From contig NZ_JAQBOW010000005.1 in the NCBI RefSeq assembly GCF_028287845.1, forward strand, positions 393 through 64,392: a DNA stretch of 64,000 nt, written 5' to 3'. Below the pieces are notes generated by a model. The model was given only the letters and a program-made list of their open reading frames with translations. It searched no databases and was not told the DNA's origin. Within the stretch, counting starts at the first letter, position 1, and each line of letters starts with the position of its first letter. A program made the translations under genes and the position numbers. Below are positions 56,269-64,000 of the stretch, in pieces. Origin of the DNA: Mucilaginibacter sp. (GTDB lineage: Bacteria; Bacteroidota; Bacteroidia; Sphingobacteriales; Sphingobacteriaceae).

Positions 56269-57312
56269 TTAGGATGTTTGAAAAGCCGGCGTGTACCTGT
56301 ATAATGGGAAGAAGTCTACTTCGGTATTTTTATCAATACCCTTTTGATCAAGTAATTGCTGGTAGATAACCGGATTTGCTATATAGCGCCAGCTTTTATA
56401 GTCAAGAAGCAAATCAGAGAATGCTTTTTTCCAATAAAAAAGCGTGTCGTTTTGAAATCCAAGCCCCCCACCAAGATTATAATAACGCATCTCCAATTTA
56501 CAACCAATTTGTGCTATGCCATCAATTAAAAATTTTGCCGGGCTATCCTGTAGGTATTCGGTCCTTGTACCAATTAAATGCAATTGAATTATTTCATTGG
56601 TAAATACCGCAATTGTGCTGCTAGTAGCTACATCGCCTTTATATGCCGTAAATACCCGGGCGTCATATTCAGTATTGTTAAGCAGTTCTAAATAATAGCT
56701 ATCATCAAAAAAGTACGAGTCGGCAGCTCTTATCCTACTCATATTCTGGTTATAAATTTCGCGGAAAATTTTAATTGCGTCCGGCCCTTTCTCTTCTTTA
56801 ATATAGTAACCCTTTTTTAATGAGTTTCTAATACTGTCCCAGGTTGTATGTCTATAATTCTTTCGGTGCTGTTCAATGCTTTTAGTGAGGTCAATAACTA
56901 CTACCTGGCCATTGTCGTAAATACCGCCAAATTCCTCAAGCAGCAATTGTTGGTTATAAAAGGGGTTCAACCTCAAAAACACTGAAACATAATTTCCGTC
57001 TGATAAAAATTCAAGAAAAGCTTTTTTAAAATTGCTTATCAATGTTGAATCAATACCATCCATTTTTTGGTTTGATAGCGGTCCGGAGTACCCATATACA
57101 CAGGTCAAGTCATAGTAATTTGATTCCGGTATCTCGCGTTGAATAAGCGGTACGGCAATAAAATCAGATTGTTCACTATAAATAAATAAAATTGGCAAGC
57201 CTGTATTATCAAGCGAATGATAATGCCACGTATGATAAAAATCAATTTCTACCGATTGATTTACATGCGCTACCCACTCGGCTTTATCCTTAATAGTTAA
57301 TATTTTGATCAT
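56269..57312 (-). CDS. FemAB-like GNAT-fold acyl/aminoacyl transferase
   Basis: 'DFYHTWHY', 'YDLTCVYGYSGP', 'SVFLRLNP', 'YFFDDSYY', 'YNLGGG', 'LFYWKKAFS', 'FFPLYR'. Confidence 0.7.
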   Translation of the reverse strand: MIKILTIKDKAEWVAHVNQSVEIDFYHTWHYHSLDNTGLPILFIYSEQSDFIAVPLIQREIPESNYYDLTCVYGYSGPLSNQKMDGIDSTLISNFKKAFLEFLSDGNYVSVFLRLNPFYNQQLLLEEFGGIYDNGQVVVIDLTKSIEQHRKNYRHTTWDSIRNSLKKGYYIKEEKGPDAIKIFREIYNQNMSRIRAADSYFFDDSYYLELLNNTEYDARVFTAYKGDVATSSTIAVFTNEIIQLHLIGTRTEYLQDSPAKFLIDGIAQIGCKLEMRYYNLGGGLGFQNDTLFYWKKAFSDLLLDYKSWRYIANPVIYQQLLDQKGIDKNTEVDFFPLYRYTPAFQTS

Positions 57313-57324
57313 AGGTGGATTTAT

Positions 57325-57843
57325 TTAGGTGCTGATTAATTTAAATAAAGGCTCAATTTCGATGAAACGATCCCTGGAAATACTCATCGTAATATTGCCG
57401 TCATCTTTACCTGTTATTTCAAAGCCCGCCCTTTCATAAATAGATATGGCCGCAATATTTGCGGGGTGCACTTTCAGATAAATAACTTCAAGTTTTCTTT
57501 CAAAGAAACCATACCTAAGCATCAACACGGTAGCCTGGAAACCTATACCCTTACCCCAGTAAAGTTTGTTGCCGATAAACAGATGCAGCTCAGCACTCTT
57601 CCCTTGAAAATCAAGCAATTGAACATTTCCTACATAGGTATCAAGCTCTTTAACGCATATCGCAAAACGGCTTTGGTCGGGTTTATTCAAATTATTTCTT
57701 AGCCAATCAAGTTCCATTTCTTTGGTGATAACTCTATTTGGTTTAAACCCGGTATAAGTCCACACCGATGGGTCGTTTCGCCATAAATAAGATACTTCAG
57801 CATCTTCAAGAACCAGTGGCCTTATGTATATTGAAATGATCAT
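57325..57843 (-). CDS. GNAT N-acyltransferase (RimJ/L- or PseH-like)
   Basis: 'IRPL..EDA..SYLWRND', 'YVGNVQL', 'IGNKLYWGKGIG', 'N.AAISIYERAGF'. Confidence 0.85.
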   Translation of the reverse strand: MIISIYIRPLVLEDAEVSYLWRNDPSVWTYTGFKPNRVITKEMELDWLRNNLNKPDQSRFAICVKELDTYVGNVQLLDFQGKSAELHLFIGNKLYWGKGIGFQATVLMLRYGFFERKLEVIYLKVHPANIAAISIYERAGFEITGKDDGNITMSISRDRFIEIEPLFKLIST

Positions 57844-58811
57844 AAAAAAGTGCGTAAAGTATTTAAAATATAAAGCATATCATGTAGGCTATACCTATGG
57901 TCGATAGGCAATGGAACAATACAGCGTGCCAGGTAATTTTCATACATCCGGGTATCAGTCCACTTAAAAACATTCGGCCAATAGGTGGCCACATAAATAT
58001 TATGTTGGATCAAATGCAATTTAAGCTGCTTGTTATTTGACAAAAACGGATAAACCATTGGTGAGTATTCTTCCGGAAAATTAAACTTGAATAAATTATA
58101 TTCCTTCAAATGTTTGTGAAGAAAATTAAAGTTCCGTTTTCTAATCCTGGCGCATTCTGCATAATTAACACCTGCAAGGATCTTCCGCGTTAGGGGTGAC
58201 ATGATCCTAATCGGATTATTCTCCAGGTCTTTATTGTTTTTTACATAATCACTATATCCTTGTTGTACACCCAGATCAATATTTTTAATAAGATGCGAGA
58301 AGCGATTTACCGAACTGTCAACAGCATATTTTTTAGTTGATTTTTTTTTAATTTGCAGATATGCCCCATCAGCAACACCAAAGAATTTCCTGCACGAGTA
58401 AAAGGTATCAATACCGGGCAATGGTTCTGAAAAAAAGGCCTGAGAATTATCTATTATAAGGTTAGTTATCTTAGTACTCAAGCACTTAACTGCGTGCTGT
58501 TTAATGCCAAAATAGTTGGTATACAAAAAAACGGCATCGGGCTCTATCTCAAAATCAATAATTGGTTCCAGGTGATCATCAATTGAGTAAAATTGGTATG
58601 GAATATTCAATTTTTGGATAGGCTCCAGCAATACATCGCATGTAAAATATGGGATATAGATTTTCTTATATCCTTTTTCTCTCAAAATATATTCTAATGC
58701 ATTTCTCCCGGTATTCAACCGTATAAGGTGCGTGTAATACTCACTCCCAGGAGGAAGTTCCAAACCGAAATACCCACCAATTGTTAAGTGTGAAGTTTCT
58801 ATTTTTTGCAT
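57840..58811 (-). CDS. Divergent DegT/DnrJ/EryC1/StrS-like PLP-dependent sugar aminotransferase
   Basis: 'TGRNAL', 'YIPYFTCD', 'YTNYFG', 'IIDNSQAF', PLP-lysine loop 'FYSCRKFFG..DG', 'LPIDHRY'. Confidence 0.65.
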   Translation of the reverse strand: MQKIETSHLTIGGYFGLELPPGSEYYTHLIRLNTGRNALEYILREKGYKKIYIPYFTCDVLLEPIQKLNIPYQFYSIDDHLEPIIDFEIEPDAVFLYTNYFGIKQHAVKCLSTKITNLIIDNSQAFFSEPLPGIDTFYSCRKFFGVADGAYLQIKKKSTKKYAVDSSVNRFSHLIKNIDLGVQQGYSDYVKNNKDLENNPIRIMSPLTRKILAGVNYAECARIRKRNFNFLHKHLKEYNLFKFNFPEEYSPMVYPFLSNNKQLKLHLIQHNIYVATYWPNVFKWTDTRMYENYLARCIVPLPIDHRYSLHDMLYILNTLRTFL

Positions 58812-58845
58812 GATATAAAATGAAAGGTGAAAGGATAATATAAGT

Positions 58846-59649
58846 TCAGCTTTGATCGTGCTTGTACATTCTTAAATGAGGTGGCTGGTAATAGTCGCTT
58901 AAATTAGCCGGTATACATGCGTTGTAGCCAATGATCTGTCGAAGTTCGGGCTTTAAACCGGCAACAAAATCGTAGCCTAAAAACCTTGAATAGTCCATCT
59001 GCTGTTTTAAAAACGGTTGGGTAAAGCCCAGTATTAATGCCCTGCGTGGCTCAGGTGTAACATTTTCTCCATTAGCATACCATAAATTCGAGTTAAAAAG
59101 TATAATGCTTCCTTTTGGTGTAACAACACTGTCTGCATGAGTATAAAAAAACTCTTCATCAGGTTTCAAAGCAGTTTTATGTGATCCTGAAAGAAAATAT
59201 ATTGCCCCGTTTTGCAGCGTAAAGTCATCAAGGGTAATAATCATTTGCAGCAATAATTTTGTTTTGCTTATAAATGTGCTTGCATCCCTGTGCATATTAT
59301 TCTGATAAGGACACTCTTGTTTTGAATATATTGCGCCATTCATTCCATTCAAAATATGCTTACCTCCGAAATATTGGGTTATTTCTTCATTGCAATACAT
59401 TCTTTCAAGAAGGGGAATGCTAAAATTATCGCGATCAAGAAGATGATAATGGATACCATCCATATTTGCACTTATACCATTTCTTTCCTGTATGCTTTTG
59501 CGGCGTATATAACCGTCTTCTATGTCATTGTTGATCCTGTTGATAAAATCCGATTCTATAGCATTTTCGTAAACAACCCATCCATAAGTATCAAGTGATA
59601 CTTTAAAATCGTTTAGTGCCTTTTCGGGGTAATTGAACTTATTTTTCAT
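58846..59649 (-). CDS. PhyH-like 2-oxoglutarate/Fe(II) dioxygenase-fold protein (distal His replaced by Tyr)
   Basis: 'MHRDA', 'TLDDFT..NGA..FLSGSH', 'GSIILFNSNLWYANGEN', 'RRAL'. Confidence 0.75.
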   Translation of the reverse strand: MKNKFNYPEKALNDFKVSLDTYGWVVYENAIESDFINRINNDIEDGYIRRKSIQERNGISANMDGIHYHLLDRDNFSIPLLERMYCNEEITQYFGGKHILNGMNGAIYSKQECPYQNNMHRDASTFISKTKLLLQMIITLDDFTLQNGAIYFLSGSHKTALKPDEEFFYTHADSVVTPKGSIILFNSNLWYANGENVTPEPRRALILGFTQPFLKQQMDYSRFLGYDFVAGLKPELRQIIGYNACIPANLSDYYQPPHLRMYKHDQS

Positions 59650-59678
59650 AATGCAGGCAGGTTTTAATGTTATCAGGA

Positions 59679-60821
59679 TCAGTTTAATTGCATGATCTTT
59701 AACATTTGTGCATTAACCAGGTGAACGTCGAATTTTTTTCTGGCAAGTTTCAGCCCGTTCAAGCCATATTTAAGAACGTCGAGCCTATTATTCAAATAAA
59801 ATTCCATTTTTGAAATTAGTTGGGGTACGTTTTTAATTGGAACCATGAAACCGTTCACAGCCGAATTTGAGTCAATCGTTTCTCTGCACCCCACAGAATC
59901 ACAGGTTATAATGGCTCTTCCCATAGCCATACTTTCTAAAAGACATCGTGGCACCCCCTCGCCATAATAAGAAGGTAATACCACCACCGATGAATTCATT
60001 ATATGCGGGCGCACATCTTCAACCTCCCCAACATATTGAATGGTTTCACCATATCGTATCTTATTATACAGATCCGGGCTTATGGCATCAATATTTTTTT
60101 CATATGCTCCTATTAGTTTAAAATTAACATCAGGGTAACGTGAACGAATGTCTCTGGCAGCTTCATAATATTCATAAATGCCTTTAGCATTTATTAAACG
60201 GGCAACCATAATAAAGTTTATTGGTTCCAGATCTGGCGGGGTATATACATAATGTTCCAGATCTACTCCTGATCCATTTACAAAAAACACCCGATGCTTG
60301 TTGGTTAATATTCTATTCTGAACCAGGGTTTGGTAATCATCTTTGTTTTGAAAAATAATTTTCAAGTTCCTTTTTGGCCTTAAACTAAATTTTAGCAATG
60401 ACCGTGTAATGGCGCTAATCCAATTATTATTTTTTTTATTGGTGAAATTATATCCCAATCCGGTTAACATAGGTATGATACGCTTAACGCCACATATCTT
60501 GGCTAATAAAGTACCGTAGATAACAGGTTTAAAGGTGTAAGGGAAAAAAACATCGGGCCGCACTCTTTTTATCAATCTATATAATTGAAAAATGAACCTC
60601 ATATCCGACAAAACGGAAACGTGACTACCTTCCAAATGGCTTTCATGAATCACTACGCCAAGCGATGTTAACTTTTCGCGTACACTTTGCTGCATTATTT
60701 TCGGTGTAAAAACATCCACACTGTGCTTTTTAAGGAGTTCTTCCATCAGTTTTCCTCTAAAATCAATTAATGATTTCGACGAATCGCATACAATAAGGAT
60801 CTTTTGTCCTGGTTTATTCAT
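59679..60821 (-). CDS. GT4 glycosyltransferase (PglA/CapM-like)
   Basis: 'FRGKL', 'YTFKPVIYG', 'TGLG', 'FQNKDD', 'GSGVDL', 'VARL..AKG', 'LPSYYGEGVPRCLLESMAMG'. Confidence 0.92.
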   Translation of the reverse strand: MNKPGQKILIVCDSSKSLIDFRGKLMEELLKKHSVDVFTPKIMQQSVREKLTSLGVVIHESHLEGSHVSVLSDMRFIFQLYRLIKRVRPDVFFPYTFKPVIYGTLLAKICGVKRIIPMLTGLGYNFTNKKNNNWISAITRSLLKFSLRPKRNLKIIFQNKDDYQTLVQNRILTNKHRVFFVNGSGVDLEHYVYTPPDLEPINFIMVARLINAKGIYEYYEAARDIRSRYPDVNFKLIGAYEKNIDAISPDLYNKIRYGETIQYVGEVEDVRPHIMNSSVVVLPSYYGEGVPRCLLESMAMGRAIITCDSVGCRETIDSNSAVNGFMVPIKNVPQLISKMEFYLNNRLDVLKYGLNGLKLARKKFDVHLVNAQMLKIMQLN

Positions 60822-61060
60822 ATCGGTTTAAATTGTGGCTAACTGTATACCATCGAACAAGTCCGAACGGCACGCAAAAGCATGTTTAAAAACTGTACAG
60901 AAGAAAAAGCAGTAGTAAATAATGATCAGCAAAAAGATGTACGCCGATCTTTTATATGATTGCCAGATCAGAACCGATCCAACAGTATTTGAGAAGATAT
61001 AAAGGCGCAAACGCCTTTAATGGAAAATTGAAGTTCTTATTATACCAGGAACTTCTAGCT

Positions 61061-61101
61061 AAAAAATTCCAAACCGCCATTTATAATAGCGGTTTGGAAT
61101 T
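61061..61101 (-). terminator. Intrinsic terminator after the PL1-like gene
   Basis: 13-bp stem AATTCCAAACCGC/GCGGTTTGGAATT with a T-run on the minus strand. Confidence 0.75.
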
Positions 61102-61130
61102 AAGAATTAATTTAAAAAAAGCCTAAAATA

Positions 61131-62564
61131 TTAGTTGGTTAGTATAGCACCAGAACCTTTTTGAACAACAGAAGGAACATTTGCTGCCGCATCAAGAACA
61201 GCGCTATATGAATATCCTGGCACCCATGATGAAATTGGTGTTGTAATATCGTTAGCACCGCAATTTGAATAAATATTGGTAGTTACACCACTGAAATAAC
61301 CCGGAGGGTCACCGGCAAGATTAGTGGTAAGTGGTTTAGCACATCCTGAAAAATACTCATTATCAGTACGTACATTACCCGCAGCTCTTGCTCCTAATGA
61401 GTAACCGCCGTTGTTTAAGTGATAATCGTTGAATACATGCACGCTACCGTAATTCATATCAGGTTCGCGTTCGCTAACATTATACCAGAAATTGTGGTGT
61501 AATGTAACATGTAAATGGCCTATATCTTCCTCATTACCTGCAATTCCACCACTAATCAGGAAAGATAAGTTTGTATCGTGGAACCTGCTCCATGATACAG
61601 TTACATAATCAGATGCCCGAGTAATAGACATATCCTTGCCCCAATAAGCCCATCCATGATTACGGTCTGTAGCAAAATCGCAATGATCAACCCATACGTG
61701 AGTTGTTGCAAATTTTAGCATTATAGCAGCATCAGTTACATAGTTTCTAAAGGTTATATTTTGAATGATGATATTGTTCATCGTAAAAATATAGAGTGAT
61801 ACGCCCTCAATGATTGCACCCGGTTTCCCTATGATGGATTTATTGGATGATACATAAACCGGAACATCGCCAGAGCCCAGGATATGCCCGCTTACATAGA
61901 TAATTTTAGGCGTGGTACCTGCAACTGCTGTTTTCAAATCGGCCAATGTAGAAACAGTTACGGTTTGGCCACCGGCACCGCCAGTTGTAGTTCCGTTTAC
62001 CATGGCATAGCCCATAAGCGCGCTACTTACACCAGTAGTTGTTGCGGTACCGCTGCCGGTTGTTGTTGTGCCCGTGCCTGTTGTGCCGGTACCTGTTGTG
62101 CCGGTAGTTGGTGTGCCACCCATAGTGAAAGTATACTTTCTGCCGTTTGTTGTCGGATTGGTATTGTCCGAAGCTGAGAAATACAATGTTGTACCCCAAT
62201 GACTGAAACGCCCTTTACCATAATCGCGAATGTCCTGATGAACTGAATGAGCAGGACCTAATTCAACACCGTTTTCAAAAAGCCGTAAGGTTGACACGCT
62301 TGGTGACGTGTTTGAGTCGCCGTTTTGAGACAATGGATAATTAATGTGGTAAGCATATCCACCATCAGATCTTAAACCAGATAAATTTACGTTGTAGACG
62401 GTGGTTGCTGTCGTTGCATAGCTAGTGCTATCCGATAGTGTAGTACCACTTAACGTTGCCGGTGACGTATTCCCATTTTTTTTACAACTACCAAAGAAGA
62501 TAATTGCACTGAAGACCATGCTGATAACAGCCATTTTGTTGTAGAACTTTGTTTGTCTTTTCAT
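61131..62564 (-). CDS. Lipoprotein: uncharacterised N-terminal module, Thr/Gly linker, PL1-like beta-helix lyase domain
   Basis: Lipobox 'FFGSCKK'; 'TTGGAGG.TVTVST', 'VSSNKSIIG', 'NNIIIQNITF', 'VWVDH', 'YVTVSW', 'VTLHHN.W', 'HVFND'. Confidence 0.8.
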   Translation of the reverse strand: MKRQTKFYNKMAVISMVFSAIIFFGSCKKNGNTSPATLSGTTLSDSTSYATTATTVYNVNLSGLRSDGGYAYHINYPLSQNGDSNTSPSVSTLRLFENGVELGPAHSVHQDIRDYGKGRFSHWGTTLYFSASDNTNPTTNGRKYTFTMGGTPTTGTTGTGTTGTGTTTTGSGTATTTGVSSALMGYAMVNGTTTGGAGGQTVTVSTLADLKTAVAGTTPKIIYVSGHILGSGDVPVYVSSNKSIIGKPGAIIEGVSLYIFTMNNIIIQNITFRNYVTDAAIMLKFATTHVWVDHCDFATDRNHGWAYWGKDMSITRASDYVTVSWSRFHDTNLSFLISGGIAGNEEDIGHLHVTLHHNFWYNVSEREPDMNYGSVHVFNDYHLNNGGYSLGARAAGNVRTDNEYFSGCAKPLTTNLAGDPPGYFSGVTTNIYSNCGANDITTPISSWVPGYSYSAVLDAAANVPSVVQKGSGAILTN

Positions 62565-62758
62565 ACTTTTTTATTTTAGGACTTCCAAACGCAGTGGTAT
62601 TTGGAAAATTACGCCCTAAAACTTGTAGAAAAGATTAGACTAAAATCAAAAACGGTTCAAAAAATAGCTCAGTTGTACGTGAGCAACGTATACCTGTAAA
62701 GTAAATGTGTAAAGTAGTTGTATAAAATTGCACACTTCGTGACATTATTATGACAATT

Positions 62759-63862
62759 CTATAAGTGCATTACTAACTTTTTTCGAGATAAAGATACCTT
62801 TTTTATTTTATAATAAGCGTTAAACCAATCAGTAAATTTGGCAACCCCGACATGAACAGACGTTGAAGGTTTATAATTTACTGACCTATCAAGATTCGAT
62901 ACATCGGCGCAAGTTTCGGCAACATCACCTTCCTGCATTGGACGAAATATCTTTTTTGCCTTTATATTTATCTGACCCTCGATTTCGGTAACAAAATCTA
63001 AAAGACTAACAGGTTCTCCCCTGCCAATATTAAATATACGGTATGGTGCATTTGATGTAGCCGGATCAGGTTTTAAAGCATCCCAATTTTTATTATTTTC
63101 TGCAGGATGATCAATAACATGCACAATACCTTCAACAATATCATCAATGTAGGTAAAATCACGTTTCATGTTTCCATTATTGAAAATTTCGATAGGCTTA
63201 CCGGTAAGCATCGCTTTTGTAAAAATAAACAAAGCCATATCCGGCCTGCCCCAGGGCCCGTAAACAGTAAAAAAGCGCAGGCCCGTTGTTCGTAAGTTAA
63301 ATAAATGGCTATAAGTATGTGCCATCATTTCGTTGGCTTTTTTTGATGCTGCATACAAAGAAACAGGATGATCGGCAATATCATGTTCATTAAATGGCAT
63401 TTTCTTGTTTAATCCATAAACACTTGATGAACTGGCATATACCAAATGATCTATCTTATTGTGCCTGCAACATTCAAGAATGTTTAAAAATCCTTTTATA
63501 TTAGAATCTACATAAACTTCAGGATTAGTTAAACTATAACGCACACCAGCCTGGGCTGCAAGGTTACAAACCGCATCGAACTTATGGACTAAAAAAATAT
63601 GCTCCAACTCTACCTTATCCAATAAATTAACTTTGATAAAGGTATAATTTGGATATTTCTGACTATTAACAGATTTTCCATATTTCAATTTGGCGGGCGG
63701 TATCCCCGTTTCGGCCAGTCTTGCATGTTTTAATGCCACATCGTAATAATCATTTATATTATCAATACCAACAACGGTGTCTCCTCTTTCAAGCAAGCGC
63801 TTTGCCAAATGAAAGCCAATAAAACCGGCTGTACCAGTGATTAAAATTTTCATAAAATTCAA
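62759..63862 (-). CDS. NAD-dependent epimerase, UDP-glucuronate 4-epimerase (CapI/Gla-like)
   Basis: 'ITGTAGFIG', '[11 protein letters not shown]', 'YASSSSVYG', 'YAASKK', '[16 protein letters not shown]', 'RDFTYIDD'. Confidence 0.9.
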   Translation of the reverse strand: MNFMKILITGTAGFIGFHLAKRLLERGDTVVGIDNINDYYDVALKHARLAETGIPPAKLKYGKSVNSQKYPNYTFIKVNLLDKVELEHIFLVHKFDAVCNLAAQAGVRYSLTNPEVYVDSNIKGFLNILECCRHNKIDHLVYASSSSVYGLNKKMPFNEHDIADHPVSLYAASKKANEMMAHTYSHLFNLRTTGLRFFTVYGPWGRPDMALFIFTKAMLTGKPIEIFNNGNMKRDFTYIDDIVEGIVHVIDHPAENNKNWDALKPDPATSNAPYRIFNIGRGEPVSLLDFVTEIEGQINIKAKKIFRPMQEGDVAETCADVSNLDRSVNYKPSTSVHVGVAKFTDWFNAYYKIKKVSLSRKKLVMHL

Positions 63863-64000
63863 GAATTAAAGGTGAAGAGAAAGATTTTTAAAATGAGTAG
63901 TCGGAAGGAGACATTATTGATAAATGTCAAGTAGTTGGTTACAATGTTGGATAACGCAGTCCGGATATTAAATAAGCGGCACTTATGGTGATTAATAATT

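Noticed and set aside
60828-61010. 60-aa hydrophobic ORF upstream of GT4 (possible leader peptide)
   Set aside because: TTG start, no recognisable motif; more likely promoter or UTR sequence.
2384-63295. Numerous 60-135 aa ORFs antisense to or nested in the long genes
   Set aside because: They lie within confidently assigned CDSs and show no family motifs; treated as shadow ORFs.

Overview
A chromosomal segment of a Bacteroidota bacterium. Gene content (ECF sigma/FecR/SusC/SusD loci, TAnnTTTG promoters, fused NagB, intergenic REP-like hairpins) suggests Sphingobacteriaceae, Mucilaginibacter-like; this is an inference. Left to right: (1) a GlcNAc/chito-oligosaccharide PUL (ECF sigma, FecR, SusC, SusD, NagB-PIG-L fusion, GH20) next to a GH87-like alpha-1,3-glucanase; (2) a second ECF/FecR/SusC/SusD locus whose only cargo is a beta-propeller phosphoesterase; (3) tRNA-Pro(TGG); (4) a Gly-rich exported protein with an outer-membrane beta-barrel; (5) a SusCD-less CAZyme and unsaturated-uronate cluster (GH43, GalM, GH92, DUF4350-like, LacI, SDR, KduI, YhcH-like, GH88, GH31); (6) a HipA-like kinase/DUF3037 pair, a ThuA-like protein, a PIG-B/Alg9-like GT22, a GNAT and an SGNH hydrolase; (7) the distal end of a polysaccharide biosynthesis locus (UDP-GlcA epimerase, divergent PL1 lipoprotein, GT4, PhyH-like, aminotransferase-like, two GNATs, CapD/PglF). 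This locus ends in a three-gene regulator cassette: two paralogous PAS-AraC-PAS-PAS proteins flanking an XRE-like HTH. The best novel candidates are that cassette, antisense-oriented terminators implying cis-antisense sRNAs over both susC starts, a structured intergenic RNA candidate at 16.0-16.2 kb, TIR-bounded REP cassettes and a dispersed TGWAACA-array element. I saw no rRNA, CRISPR array, integrase or transposase. All product calls come from motif recognition by eye; no database searches were run.
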